A stretch of 64,000 bases of DNA from Candidatus Shapirobacteria bacterium (GTDB lineage: Bacteria; Patescibacteriota; Microgenomatia; UBA12405). The stretch is taken from assembly GCA_041659325.1 (NCBI GenBank), contig JBAZYN010000003.1, positions 71,296-135,295 of the forward strand, in the 5' to 3' direction. Position numbers and translations under genes: made by a program. Below, in pieces: positions 28,632 to 38,044 of this stretch (position 1 is the first letter of the stretch; each line of letters begins with the position of its first letter). The notes beneath the pieces are model-generated. The model was not told the DNA's origin and did no database searches. It saw nothing but the letters and a program-made list of their open reading frames with translations.

Positions 28632-29783
28632 ATGATTGTACTGGCAATAGAAACAAGTTGTGACGATACGTGTGCGGCGGTGCTAGAAAATGACCGGATA
28701 TTGTCGAACGTGGTTTCGTCACAAATTAACCTACATGCCCAGTGGGGCGGAGTGGTGCCAGATATTGCCAAAAGGGCGCATATGGAAAGAATTATGCCGG
28801 TGGTGATGACAGCTTTAAAAAGGGCAAAATCCCTCTCGGCTTCGCCGCTTCTCCCTTTGACAAGGGAGATGGAAAAATTGATGAATGAAATTGATGTGAT
28901 TGCGGTGACGGTGGGACCCGGGCTAGCGCCCGCTTTGGGAGTGGGAGTGAATACTGCCAAAGAACTGGCAATAAAATACAAAAAAAAACTGGTGGCGGTA
29001 AACCATGTGGAGGGGCATATTTTGTCCAACCTGGCAAAAAACAGGAAGGGAAAACCGGAGAGAGAGATCGAGTACCCTGCCCTAGTACTGACGGTTTCGG
29101 GAGGACATACCAAGATCATTTTGATGAATCAAAATGATCAATTTTCAATTTCTAATTCTCAATTTTTAAAAAATAAAAAAGTACCAAATAAAATAGGTGG
29201 TTTTCAATATCAGGTTGTTGGAGAAACGCTGGATGATGCGGCGGGAGAGGCACTGGATAAGGCAGCAAAATTGATGGGGCTGGGGTATCCCGGAGGGCCG
29301 ATAATTGAGAGGTTGGCGGAGGGCGGAGACCAGAATTTTCTTGAATTACCCAGACCAATGGCAGACAAAAAGATTCTTGACTACAGTTTTTCGGGGCTGA
29401 AAACTAGCTTTTATTACAAGATTAAGGACTGGCCCAAGGATAAGGTGGCCCAAAATTTGCATGACTTGGCGGCAAGCTATCAGGCGGCAGTGTTTGAGAT
29501 GCTTCTCAGAAAATTTAAACTGGCAATTGAAAAATGTGAGCCAAAAAGTCTGATGGCCTGCGGCGGAGTGATGGCAAATGTGACATTAAGAAAACAATTG
29601 CGGATGTTGGCGAGAAAATTTAAGTTGCCGATTTTTATGCCATATACTAAGATTTTGAATACGGATAATGCCGGGATGATTGGGGTGGCGGGATATTTTA
29701 AGGCAATGAGGGGTGAGTTTGTAAAAGATATTGAAGGTTTGGACAGAAACCCGAGAGCACAATTAACAATTAAATTTTTGTAA
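28632..29783 (+). CDS. tsaD: tRNA N6-adenosine threonylcarbamoyltransferase
   Basis: LAIETSCDDT, GGVVPDIA, HVEGH, VSGGHT, DDAAGEALDK, SFSGLK, TDNAGMI; TATAAT 6 nt before ATG 28632. Confidence 0.97.
   Translation: MIVLAIETSCDDTCAAVLENDRILSNVVSSQINLHAQWGGVVPDIAKRAHMERIMPVVMTALKRAKSLSASPLLPLTREMEKLMNEIDVIAVTVGPGLAPALGVGVNTAKELAIKYKKKLVAVNHVEGHILSNLAKNRKGKPEREIEYPALVLTVSGGHTKIILMNQNDQFSISNSQFLKNKKVPNKIGGFQYQVVGETLDDAAGEALDKAAKLMGLGYPGGPIIERLAEGGDQNFLELPRPMADKKILDYSFSGLKTSFYYKIKDWPKDKVAQNLHDLAASYQAAVFEMLLRKFKLAIEKCEPKSLMACGGVMANVTLRKQLRMLARKFKLPIFMPYTKILNTDNAGMIGVAGYFKAMRGEFVKDIEGLDRNPRAQLTIKFL
28827..28870 (+). repeat. Palindromic repeat inserted in-frame in tsaD
   Basis: 44 nt identical to 21938-21981. 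Confidence 0.9.
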
Positions 29784-30143
29784 TCAGTAATCTGTAATTG
29801 GTAATTAAGTCAAAACCCACCCTTTAATTCCCTCCCTTGACCCTCCTACACCATGGCTACGGAGGGGCGAGAGGGAGGGCGGAACATTGCAATCCAAATC
29901 CCTCTAAATCTCCCTTTGACAAGGGAGACTTCAAAAACCCCTCACCCATTCGGGAGCTCCCCTTGACCCGCCTGAGGCGGGTAAACCGGCAGGCAGGCCT
30001 ATCCCCTCCTTTAACCCTCCTACGCCATGGCTACGGAAGGGCGATGGAAAGGGAGAGCACTGCTGATTATCGCGAATGAATAGGGTGTGAGGTGGTTTTG
30101 TATTTATTACCGTAATGATTGCCACGCTACGCTCGCAATGACG
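29779..30143 (+). repeat. Heptamer array plus nested mosaic repeats and composite unit
   Basis: Multiple shared modules visible. Confidence 0.85.
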
Positions 30144-30241
30144 CGTGGATCCCAATGACAGTTTGTTGAGAAAAAATTTAGCATAGATTTCGGTAAATAT
30201 GCGGTTTATAGGACAATGGTATAATCGGGATAATCGATAAT

Positions 30242-31699
30242 ATGGTGGCAATAATAATTACTTTACTTTATTGGTTTTGGGTGAAGGGCGGGGGCGGATT
30301 TAATTTGGGATTTAGTGCCCTTGGTACGATATTTTTTATATGGCTCTTGGTTAAAAAGGGAGAAATAAGAAAGGATAAATATTTGATAGCTTTGTGGCTG
30401 ATGGGAGTGGCAATAGCCTGGTTTCAGACGTGGAGAAATTTTGAGGGGATAAAAGCTATCAGCGTGGTGACTTTGGTGACGTTGGGCGGGTATTTGTCGG
30501 CTTTAGGGAAACAGCCAAAGGCGATAATTGATCTTCAGAGAATAGTGGGCAGTGCCCTCAAAACTATTCCGGATTTTTTTCGGGAACTTTTTGGGTTGGG
30601 GACGAAATTTTTGACAATTAAAGTATTTTCCAAAACCAAGGGAGAGAGATGGAATAAAATACTGGCGGGGGCAATCTTGGCGGTACCGATGGTGCTAGTG
30701 TTTGGAGGATTGTTTTATAGCGCTGATCCGATTTTTGCCAAACTGATAAACAGTATTAGACTGCCGCAGATAAATATTTCGGAAAAATTAATTGGCGATG
30801 TAGTGTCGACAGTAATGGTTTTGGGGATGAGCTTGACGCTGGCTAATTTTCGACTAGCCAAAAGGAGTGAAAACGGCAAAAGGATTAAGGGCGCGGAAGA
30901 GATAACAATTGCCGCCGGGGTAGTGGCGGGATTGTTTTTGGTGTTTTCAGCGATACAAATAAGATACTTTGGAATAAGTAGCGATGAACTAAGGGAAATG
31001 GGGATAATGTATTCGGAATATACCAGAAAGGGCTATGCAGAAATGCTTTTGGCGGCGGGACTGGCGATAGGATTGGTGTTGTGGCTAGATAAGATGAAAA
31101 AGGGAGCGGCAAAAAAAATTGGGCTTGCACTGGTGGCAGAAACGCTTTTGATAGTGATAGCAGCTACAAACAGAAACTATCTTTATCAGGCAGTACACGG
31201 GTTTACCAGAGTTAGGCTGATGGGATTTTTGATGTCGGGATGGATGGGAGCAGCGTTACTTTTGGTGGGGTGGAAAATGGTGAAAAGAAAATCGGATAAT
31301 AGATTTTTTAGGGCGATAATTGGGGTAACGGTGGCGACAGTGCTTCTGGCCAATATAGCCAACATTGACCGAATGGTGGTGAAAAACAGACTGCCGAATT
31401 TGGGATATGGGATTGACTATATATATGTTTCGGAATTGTCGTATGACGCACATGAGATTTGGCCGTGGCTACTGGACGAAACAGATGAAAAATTGAGAGG
31501 CGCGCCGGAGAGACGGTGGGTTTACTATGGCCTGAGAGCAAAGGCTGATAGACTAAAGGGCGAGAGGGAGCGTAATTTCGCAAACTGGGCGGGGTGGAAC
31601 GGGACGGCAGTAGAGGCGGAAAAAACAATGGAAAAATTAAGAGAGAGGTTGGACGAAGAGGCAAAAGAAATTGTAATTTCGAAAGAAAGTGAAACATAA
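30242..31699 (+). CDS. DUF4153/DUF4173-family membrane protein
   Basis: FGGLFYSADPIF, YSEYTRKGYAEM, LYQAVHGFTRVR, IDYIYVSELSYDA. Confidence 0.8.
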   Translation: MVAIIITLLYWFWVKGGGGFNLGFSALGTIFFIWLLVKKGEIRKDKYLIALWLMGVAIAWFQTWRNFEGIKAISVVTLVTLGGYLSALGKQPKAIIDLQRIVGSALKTIPDFFRELFGLGTKFLTIKVFSKTKGERWNKILAGAILAVPMVLVFGGLFYSADPIFAKLINSIRLPQINISEKLIGDVVSTVMVLGMSLTLANFRLAKRSENGKRIKGAEEITIAAGVVAGLFLVFSAIQIRYFGISSDELREMGIMYSEYTRKGYAEMLLAAGLAIGLVLWLDKMKKGAAKKIGLALVAETLLIVIAATNRNYLYQAVHGFTRVRLMGFLMSGWMGAALLLVGWKMVKRKSDNRFFRAIIGVTVATVLLANIANIDRMVVKNRLPNLGYGIDYIYVSELSYDAHEIWPWLLDETDEKLRGAPERRWVYYGLRAKADRLKGERERNFANWAGWNGTAVEAEKTMEKLRERLDEEAKEIVISKESET

Positions 31700-33206
31700 A
31701 TTGATATTTTGGATAATTCCCCCACTTGCGGCTTGGATGGCGATTTACGGAATGGTGGCGATCAGATCGCCTTGGAACAGTGATTTTATGTCGATGATAC
31801 TGGTAGTGAAAGAACTGTTTAGGAGCAAGGTTTATTTGTCGCCGGATACATTTTTGATTAAATACCCTATCGTGTGGCTGGTGTCTGCCTTTGTGGAATA
31901 CGGGAGAAAATATATGTGGCTTTTACAAATGGCAAACGGGGCGGTGATGATTGCCGGGTTTGGGTGGTATTTTGCGGATTATGCAGGCCGATTTGTAAGT
32001 AAAAAAATGACCGGGGCGGCAGTGGCGGCGGGACTGTTTTATATGGCGACAATGTCGGCAGCGTTTTTCGGGTTTACGGTTCACCCGTTTTTGAGAAATG
32101 CCGAAATTGCTCTAATGCTTTTGTTTTTGATGGTTTTCAGAAAATCTAAATTGTGGAGCCTGCCGATTTTGATAATAATGCTTTTAAATGATGCCTATTT
32201 TACCTTTGTATTTGTAATACCTTTGGCGGTATGTGAAATAATTGGGGCATCTATTAAGAAAAAGGATTTGAGCGTTAGTAGAGGGTTTGGGCTTCTGGCG
32301 GCGGGGACAGTTTTGACCTACTTTTTGAGAGATCGGATAATTAACCGAACGCCGTATTTTTTGATATATGAGGAGATAGCGGCATTTCGGGATTGGAACT
32401 CGGTGGGGACGACAATTTCTTTGATGCTTCAGGGCTTGATTGATCTGACGGGGGCAAACTTTTTTGAACAAAAGTTTTATACCAGTATGGCATTGACGGC
32501 GGTGATGGGCGGAGGACTGGCAATATTAGCGGTGGTTGGGTTAGTAAAATTGTTTGTTGACGGAACAAAAAAGAGCCAAGTGGAGATGATGCTACCATTG
32601 ACATCTTCGCTAATAACTATAGCGGTGTCACTGCTATCGACCAGATATGGGAGTCGGGAAGCGGGACGATATTTGGTAATTATTTGTTTTTGGTTGCCCT
32701 TTGGGCTTTTGTATTGGCTCCAGTCAATCAGAAACTTTAAAAGGCTGTTTTGGGTATTGGTGCTGGGAATTTTTTTAATATGCGCTTTTAAAGCCAGAAC
32801 AATTTTGATTGAAAACCGAAGAAATGATTTTTGGAGGGACAATTTTTATAATCTGGAACTGGTAAGTTTTTTGAAGAAAAATGATTTGAAATACGGGTAC
32901 GCCGGATTTTGGAGCTCGGGAATTTCAACATTTTTGGCCAAAGAAGAGGTAAGGGTTAGGCAGGTGGGATGCGAAGCTAGTAGAATCGGCGCACAAACAT
33001 GGGTGGTTTCGGACAGTTGGTATAAGACTGATTATTATTTTGGACCCTCATTTATACTCATAGGTTCGTATGGAAACGATAGAGATACTTTTATCGAATG
33101 TGATGAAAAGGCGGTTTTGAAACAGTTCGGGGAGCCACAAAAAGTGCTGGAATACGAGAAAGATAAGATATATGTGTATGACTATAATGTAGCGGAGAGG
33201 TTTTGA
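31689..33206 (+). CDS. Polytopic membrane protein (GT-C glycosyltransferase-like)
   Basis: WNSD motif, many TMs, RYL, C-terminal YGYAGFW domain. Confidence 0.6.
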   Translation: MKHKLIFWIIPPLAAWMAIYGMVAIRSPWNSDFMSMILVVKELFRSKVYLSPDTFLIKYPIVWLVSAFVEYGRKYMWLLQMANGAVMIAGFGWYFADYAGRFVSKKMTGAAVAAGLFYMATMSAAFFGFTVHPFLRNAEIALMLLFLMVFRKSKLWSLPILIIMLLNDAYFTFVFVIPLAVCEIIGASIKKKDLSVSRGFGLLAAGTVLTYFLRDRIINRTPYFLIYEEIAAFRDWNSVGTTISLMLQGLIDLTGANFFEQKFYTSMALTAVMGGGLAILAVVGLVKLFVDGTKKSQVEMMLPLTSSLITIAVSLLSTRYGSREAGRYLVIICFWLPFGLLYWLQSIRNFKRLFWVLVLGIFLICAFKARTILIENRRNDFWRDNFYNLELVSFLKKNDLKYGYAGFWSSGISTFLAKEEVRVRQVGCEASRIGAQTWVVSDSWYKTDYYFGPSFILIGSYGNDRDTFIECDEKAVLKQFGEPQKVLEYEKDKIYVYDYNVAERF

Positions 33207-33269
33207 AGAGACAGTAGGGACGGGATTGTGATAGACTGGGATTAATTATTAATTAATTTTAATTATAAT

Positions 33270-34319
33270 ATGCGTATTTTGGACAGATTTAAGTCACAAC
33301 CAGCGCCAGGGAAATCGGCAGAACCGACAACTCCAGTTACAGCAGCGCCAGAAGTTGAGACGGCATTATCAGCGGCGGCACCGGGACCAGTAATGGTGGA
33401 AAAAGTGGCTCCTGTAGAGGTAACACCTGATTTTGGTATACCCGTTCCGGGGACACCTTTTGGACCACCTATGGAGTTTGCAGAAAGATACTATAGAGCG
33501 GCTGTTGAGGCGGGCAAGATGCCTCCCGAGATTGGAAATAGGTTAGCTATTTTTGCGGATATGTCTCGTGATCTATCCCGCGTTTGGAAGGAAGAACAGG
33601 ATGCGGCAGAAGCCGAGAGATCGGCACGCCACCCGTTTAAGGTACTGGAGGACGCCCTGGTTGAAGGAACCAGAAGGCAGTATGGGGCACTTAATCAAGA
33701 ACCATACCGAAGAAGTATTGCCAGAGAATTACCCCAAATATTCGCACAGTTAAAAAGACAGTATGATCAAGAAAGATTGGTAGGAGGGAACGCTTCGGAT
33801 GCGGAAATATTGGACCGGGCAATGGCCTCCGAGGGGGTTCATACCACCCTAGACGTGGCCATGTTGGTGGAAGGTTACCCGCAAGGTTCTTTGGGGAATG
33901 CTAGGTTTCCAATTTCTGAATTACCGGCAATGCTTAAGGCATTAGGAGCTATTCCGGTTGAGGCTCCGGACGCAGAACAGTTCCCGGTTAAGCACGAGAA
34001 CCGATATCTTAAAGAACTTTTGGAGGCCAGAGGCGCAACATCAACCAAGGTTGAAATCCCCTATGGAGGCCAACACGCAGCGGCAACAGAATACACTTGT
34101 CCTACTAGGATTCCGGGTGTTGATGTCGTTGTAGGTATTTTGGATCGATATGCTGATGGTCATGAAGAAGTAGGCGCAAGAGGTTTCCCCATCCATGAAG
34201 GTTTCAAGTTGCAGTTGACGAAACCATTTTTGGCAGAAGCTTTGGGGCTTCAACTTTCAGAAGATACCGGCGCAGAACCGGTACCTGCCAAAGGAAATGA
34301 TATAACGCACGGACGCTAA
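33270..34319 (+). CDS. Hypothetical protein
   Basis: 349-aa ORF, PA-rich N-terminus, AT-rich leader. Confidence 0.65.
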   Translation: MRILDRFKSQPAPGKSAEPTTPVTAAPEVETALSAAAPGPVMVEKVAPVEVTPDFGIPVPGTPFGPPMEFAERYYRAAVEAGKMPPEIGNRLAIFADMSRDLSRVWKEEQDAAEAERSARHPFKVLEDALVEGTRRQYGALNQEPYRRSIARELPQIFAQLKRQYDQERLVGGNASDAEILDRAMASEGVHTTLDVAMLVEGYPQGSLGNARFPISELPAMLKALGAIPVEAPDAEQFPVKHENRYLKELLEARGATSTKVEIPYGGQHAAATEYTCPTRIPGVDVVVGILDRYADGHEEVGARGFPIHEGFKLQLTKPFLAEALGLQLSEDTGAEPVPAKGNDITHGR

Positions 34320-34371
34320 GGTGAAGGTTTCTGGGTGAAAGAGTAAAGAGAGAATTGAGGGAAAAAAAGTA

Positions 34372-34692
34372 AGATTGCCGCGTCGTACCGATAATTCGGA
34401 ACTCCTTCCGCCACTGGCCCGCCTCGGCGGGTAAACGGGCAGGCAGGGGAGCAAAATCTACCCCTATCCCCTCCTTTGATGAAAGGAGGGGCACTACTCA
34501 TCATCGTGAATGGATAGAGTGAATGTGAAGATCTCGTATTTCTTGCCCCAAAGATTGCCACTCCGCCAGTTGGCGGATCGCAATGACGGGGAAAAAAGAT
34601 TGCCACGTCGTTCCACTCCTTCCGCCAAAGACGGACAAGTGCAATGACAGGATTTTAAATCTCCCCCTGCCCCTTCTTTGACCCTCCTACGC
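34372..34692 (+). repeat. Mosaic repeats including the composite unit (34454-34590)
   Basis: Three gattgcc modules and associated hairpins. Confidence 0.88.
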
Positions 34693-36416
34693 TAGGGCAA
34701 CGGCGGGCCGCGGCGGAAGACGGCGGCCCAGGGAACAAAATTGCTGGTAAAGGTTTTTTCGTGGATGATCTGGTCATTTCGGGTGACTTTCCAATCGAAG
34801 GCGGTTTTTAGACCGGCAATACGATGCTCGTCCTGGATAACTTTGCCGGCCGGTAGGGTGGGATCGTCGATATAGATATCGGGAGGCGGGGGTTGGCTGC
34901 CCCACTTGCGGTAGTTGGTGATTTCGGTCTTTCTACCATCAGAGGTACCGTAAATTTCGTAGGTTAACGTTTTGTTTTTGCCGTCGTATATATTTTGAAT
35001 GAGGACATAATGGCCAGTATCGTTGACAAATTTGAGGTCGGGACTAGGGATGAAAACGGTAGCATCGTAGCCCGGGGGCATGTCTTCTTCGTAGTAGCCA
35101 ACCCGATAGGCGTGATTGCGGCGCTCGGTAATGTCGACACCGGCATTTAACATAGCCCGGAAAAAAGTGGTGGAAACCTGGCAGATACCGCCGCCGACAT
35201 CGAGCTCGGTCTTGCCGGCCCGGATGATATAGGCTTTTTTGTAACCAGCTTCAAGAGTAACTTCACCCAAAGCTTTGATAAAGGAAAAAGTATCACCGGG
35301 AGCAACCAGAACGCGATTGACAATTGAAGCCCCTTTTTCAATATTGAAATTACGGATAGTGCTTGAACTTTTGAAGGTGGAGGTACCCCGGCCGAGTAGC
35401 TCTTTGATACCCAAATTGTTGACAGATTCAGTTTTGATATTGGGGGCGGAGGCAATAACGGGGATGGATTTGGTAATTACTTTTTCGGCTGAGTCTGTTA
35501 ACTCCGATAATGAGGCTAAAATAGTGGCGGCCAGGGCGGGCTGATCGAGAGTCAAGCCATTTAGGGCCGGGCGGAATTCGGTAACGGTATTGTTTTCAAA
35601 CTTAAAGATGGCATCGACTGGGTCTCGCTTGATACTGGCAGAAAGACTACCGACATAATCGGAGATTTTGTAACGGTTGAACTGGTGGTCGAAATCAAGC
35701 CAGGGGATTAAAACAGAATCGGCCAAAGCTATATTGGAGACTTCACTTGTCAAAAGAAGACTTTTTCCAATTAACTTTTTGGCGAAATCGAGAGTGGCGG
35801 TGATTTGGTCTGCGGCCGGAAGTTCCCCGACGGTAGAAACCGGAATATTCAGGCCGGAAAATTGATAGACAGCGAGGGAGCTACTAATTAACTGTTTAAG
35901 AACCGGCTGATCAACTCTTTGACCGATTTGGCCTTCTTTTACCGTAATTTTTCCCTGGTCATACTGCAACTCGCTGGGAACGAAAGGCTTGTCAATTTGA
36001 CTTGAAAGGTCGGCAAGATATTTGTCCAGACCGTCCTGGTCGTAGCTAATTTCTAAAGTAAAATGCTTGGGGGCAAAAAAATACCGGATATATTGGGGAA
36101 TGCCTTCGTTGAGACGGCGGTATAACATGGTGCTGATAAGCTTGTCTTTGTTGAGAGAAGCGGAGATAGAGGCGGGATTGAGGGTAAATTTTTTGTCGGC
36201 GGCCAAAAGAGTCAGCGGCCGGCCGAATTCAAAATCGGTATCGAGCCGGGTGGTGATTTCTTCACGGCTGAGGCCGGAATAATCTTTGTCTAAAAGAAAG
36301 GTATTTTCCGCAGTTTTACCGTAATTGATGATAATCGGGGAAAGCAGGAGGGTACAAAAAACAAGGATGAGACCAAGGATGGATAATATCTGATAATTTA
36401 TTTTAATTTTTAGCAT
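34692..36416 (-). CDS. VanW family protein with PG-binding-4-like repeats
   Basis: PGDTFSF, GGGICQVSTTFFRA, ERRNH, DATV, DLKFVNDT. Confidence 0.9.
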   Translation of the reverse strand: MLKIKINYQILSILGLILVFCTLLLSPIIINYGKTAENTFLLDKDYSGLSREEITTRLDTDFEFGRPLTLLAADKKFTLNPASISASLNKDKLISTMLYRRLNEGIPQYIRYFFAPKHFTLEISYDQDGLDKYLADLSSQIDKPFVPSELQYDQGKITVKEGQIGQRVDQPVLKQLISSSLAVYQFSGLNIPVSTVGELPAADQITATLDFAKKLIGKSLLLTSEVSNIALADSVLIPWLDFDHQFNRYKISDYVGSLSASIKRDPVDAIFKFENNTVTEFRPALNGLTLDQPALAATILASLSELTDSAEKVITKSIPVIASAPNIKTESVNNLGIKELLGRGTSTFKSSSTIRNFNIEKGASIVNRVLVAPGDTFSFIKALGEVTLEAGYKKAYIIRAGKTELDVGGGICQVSTTFFRAMLNAGVDITERRNHAYRVGYYEEDMPPGYDATVFIPSPDLKFVNDTGHYVLIQNIYDGKNKTLTYEIYGTSDGRKTEITNYRKWGSQPPPPDIYIDDPTLPAGKVIQDEHRIAGLKTAFDWKVTRNDQIIHEKTFTSNFVPWAAVFRRGPPLP

Positions 36417-36826
36417 TGGCGGTCCATGGCCTGATTGGCCAATTCGTCGGCTTTTTGATTAAGCTCGCGGCGAATGTCCTGAAATGAATAAGGCAGAGCA
36501 ATATCCTGAAGCAGATTGATGACGGTACGATAGAAGTCTTTGAGATTTTGGGCTTTTACCTTGTACTGCCCCTGAACCTGGCGGACTAAAAGCTGAGAAT
36601 CGGAGCAAAAAGAAATTTTTTGGATATTGTAGGCATCGCGATTGGCCTTGATCCAGGAGAGGGCACCGATAAGGGCGGAATATTCGGCCTCATTGTTGGT
36701 TTTGATACCCAAAAATTTTGAGTCCTGGAAAATGAGATTATTATTTTCATCTAAAATCACCAGGCCGTAGCCGGAGGGACCGGGATTGCCCCTGGCGCCA
36801 CCATCGGTATAGACGGAAATATGCAT
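36410..36826 (-). CDS. rnhA: Ribonuclease HI
   Basis: YTDGGARGNPG, TNNEAEY, DSQL, RELNQKADELAN. Confidence 0.93.
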   Translation of the reverse strand: MHISVYTDGGARGNPGPSGYGLVILDENNNLIFQDSKFLGIKTNNEAEYSALIGALSWIKANRDAYNIQKISFCSDSQLLVRQVQGQYKVKAQNLKDFYRTVINLLQDIALPYSFQDIRRELNQKADELANQAMDRQC

Positions 36827-36828
36827 GT

Positions 36829-36969
36829 TGGTAATTGGTAACCTGTAATTGGTAACTGGTAATTAAGACAGTTAATTTTAACAGGCAGAATGGGGTTATT
36901 CTATGAGAAGATGGAGGACACTTGTAATCAGTAATCGGCAATCAGTAACCTGTAATTGGGAACTGGGAA
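36829..36969 (+). repeat. Heptamer arrays (gtaattg/gtaactg/gtaatca)
   Basis: Two tandem arrays visible. Confidence 0.8.
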
Positions 36970-37728
36970 TTACTCTACAAAAAGAAGGAGAAACATGAGG
37001 CCGACACCGACGATGATGGAAAAAAGTTGGATGAGGGAGGCGGAAATTTTGGGACTATGGCGATGAAGCTCGGGGATGAGATCGGAGGCGGCCAGATAGA
37101 TAAAAGCACCGGCAGTGACGGGCAAAAGATAAGCGGCAAAATTGTCGATATTGGTGCCAAGAAAGAAGGTTAGAAAAACTCCTAAAAAACTTATAAGGGC
37201 GGATAAAAAATTTAGAAGAAGGGCTTTGGCGACCGGTACACGGCTATGGACCAAAATAGCATAATCCCCTATTTCCTGGGGTATTTCGTGAATCAAGACG
37301 GCCAGGGTGGTGGCTAGGCCCAACTCACGGCTGACCATAAAAGCGGCGGCGATGAGCATGCCGTCGATGAAGTTGTGAACGGCGTCGCCGACAGTATTTA
37401 GGGCAACAATGTGGCTATGGCTGTCTTCACCCTCCGGACAATCAAGGTTGTGGCAGTGACGCCAACGAAGAAACTTTTCCAGGGTGAAATTTAAAAGTAG
37501 GCCGGCGATGACGAGAAGGGAAATGGTGGCGGAGGGAATGGGGCCGGAAAAAGATTCGGGAAGGATATGGATGAAGGCATCGCCCAAAAGACTACCGACA
37601 GCGAAACTGACTAGGTATGGGGATAGACGGCTGACAAGAGACGGGCTGAAAAATAAAAAAACAAGGCCGGAGAGAGAGACCAGACTGATAAAAAAGACAG
37701 CGATGAGTGAACTAAAAAGCGGAGACAT
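36970..37728 (-). CDS. ZIP family metal transporter
   Basis: LLGDAFIHILPE, GDAVHNFIDG, HEIPQEIGD, DLIPELH. Confidence 0.93.
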   Translation of the reverse strand: MSPLFSSLIAVFFISLVSLSGLVFLFFSPSLVSRLSPYLVSFAVGSLLGDAFIHILPESFSGPIPSATISLLVIAGLLLNFTLEKFLRWRHCHNLDCPEGEDSHSHIVALNTVGDAVHNFIDGMLIAAAFMVSRELGLATTLAVLIHEIPQEIGDYAILVHSRVPVAKALLLNFLSALISFLGVFLTFFLGTNIDNFAAYLLPVTAGAFIYLAASDLIPELHRHSPKISASLIQLFSIIVGVGLMFLLLFVE

Positions 37729-37854
37729 AGGGGGATTTTAACATGTTTTGGCCCCGGGTGATAGCTTGGCGGTTTTGAAATCCGGGCAACAAATTCGTGA
37801 ACGGAAAGCGGATTTTGGCGGTGAATACCGGTGGCAGTGAGATAGGAGGTATTT

Positions 37855-38000
37855 TAAATCTCCCCCTGCCTGCCGGCAGGTAGGGATTGCCACGTCGCTT
37901 CGCTCCTTCCGCCAAAGGCGGATAGGCGCAATGACGTGAGATGAAAGATTGCCACGTAATTTTACTCCTACCGCCAAAGGCGGATCAGCCCAGGGTGGAG
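37855..38000 (+). repeat. Mosaic palindromic intergenic repeat
   Basis: Near copy of 5228-5302. Confidence 0.85.
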
Positions 38001-38044
38001 ACAAGAGAGACTAGAATGTCTTTGTTTTTGGTATTATGTAAATA

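Noticed and set aside
34692-36416. Vancomycin resistance from the VanW domain
   Set aside because: No vanHAX or vanRS genes; stand-alone VanW-domain proteins are not evidence of resistance.
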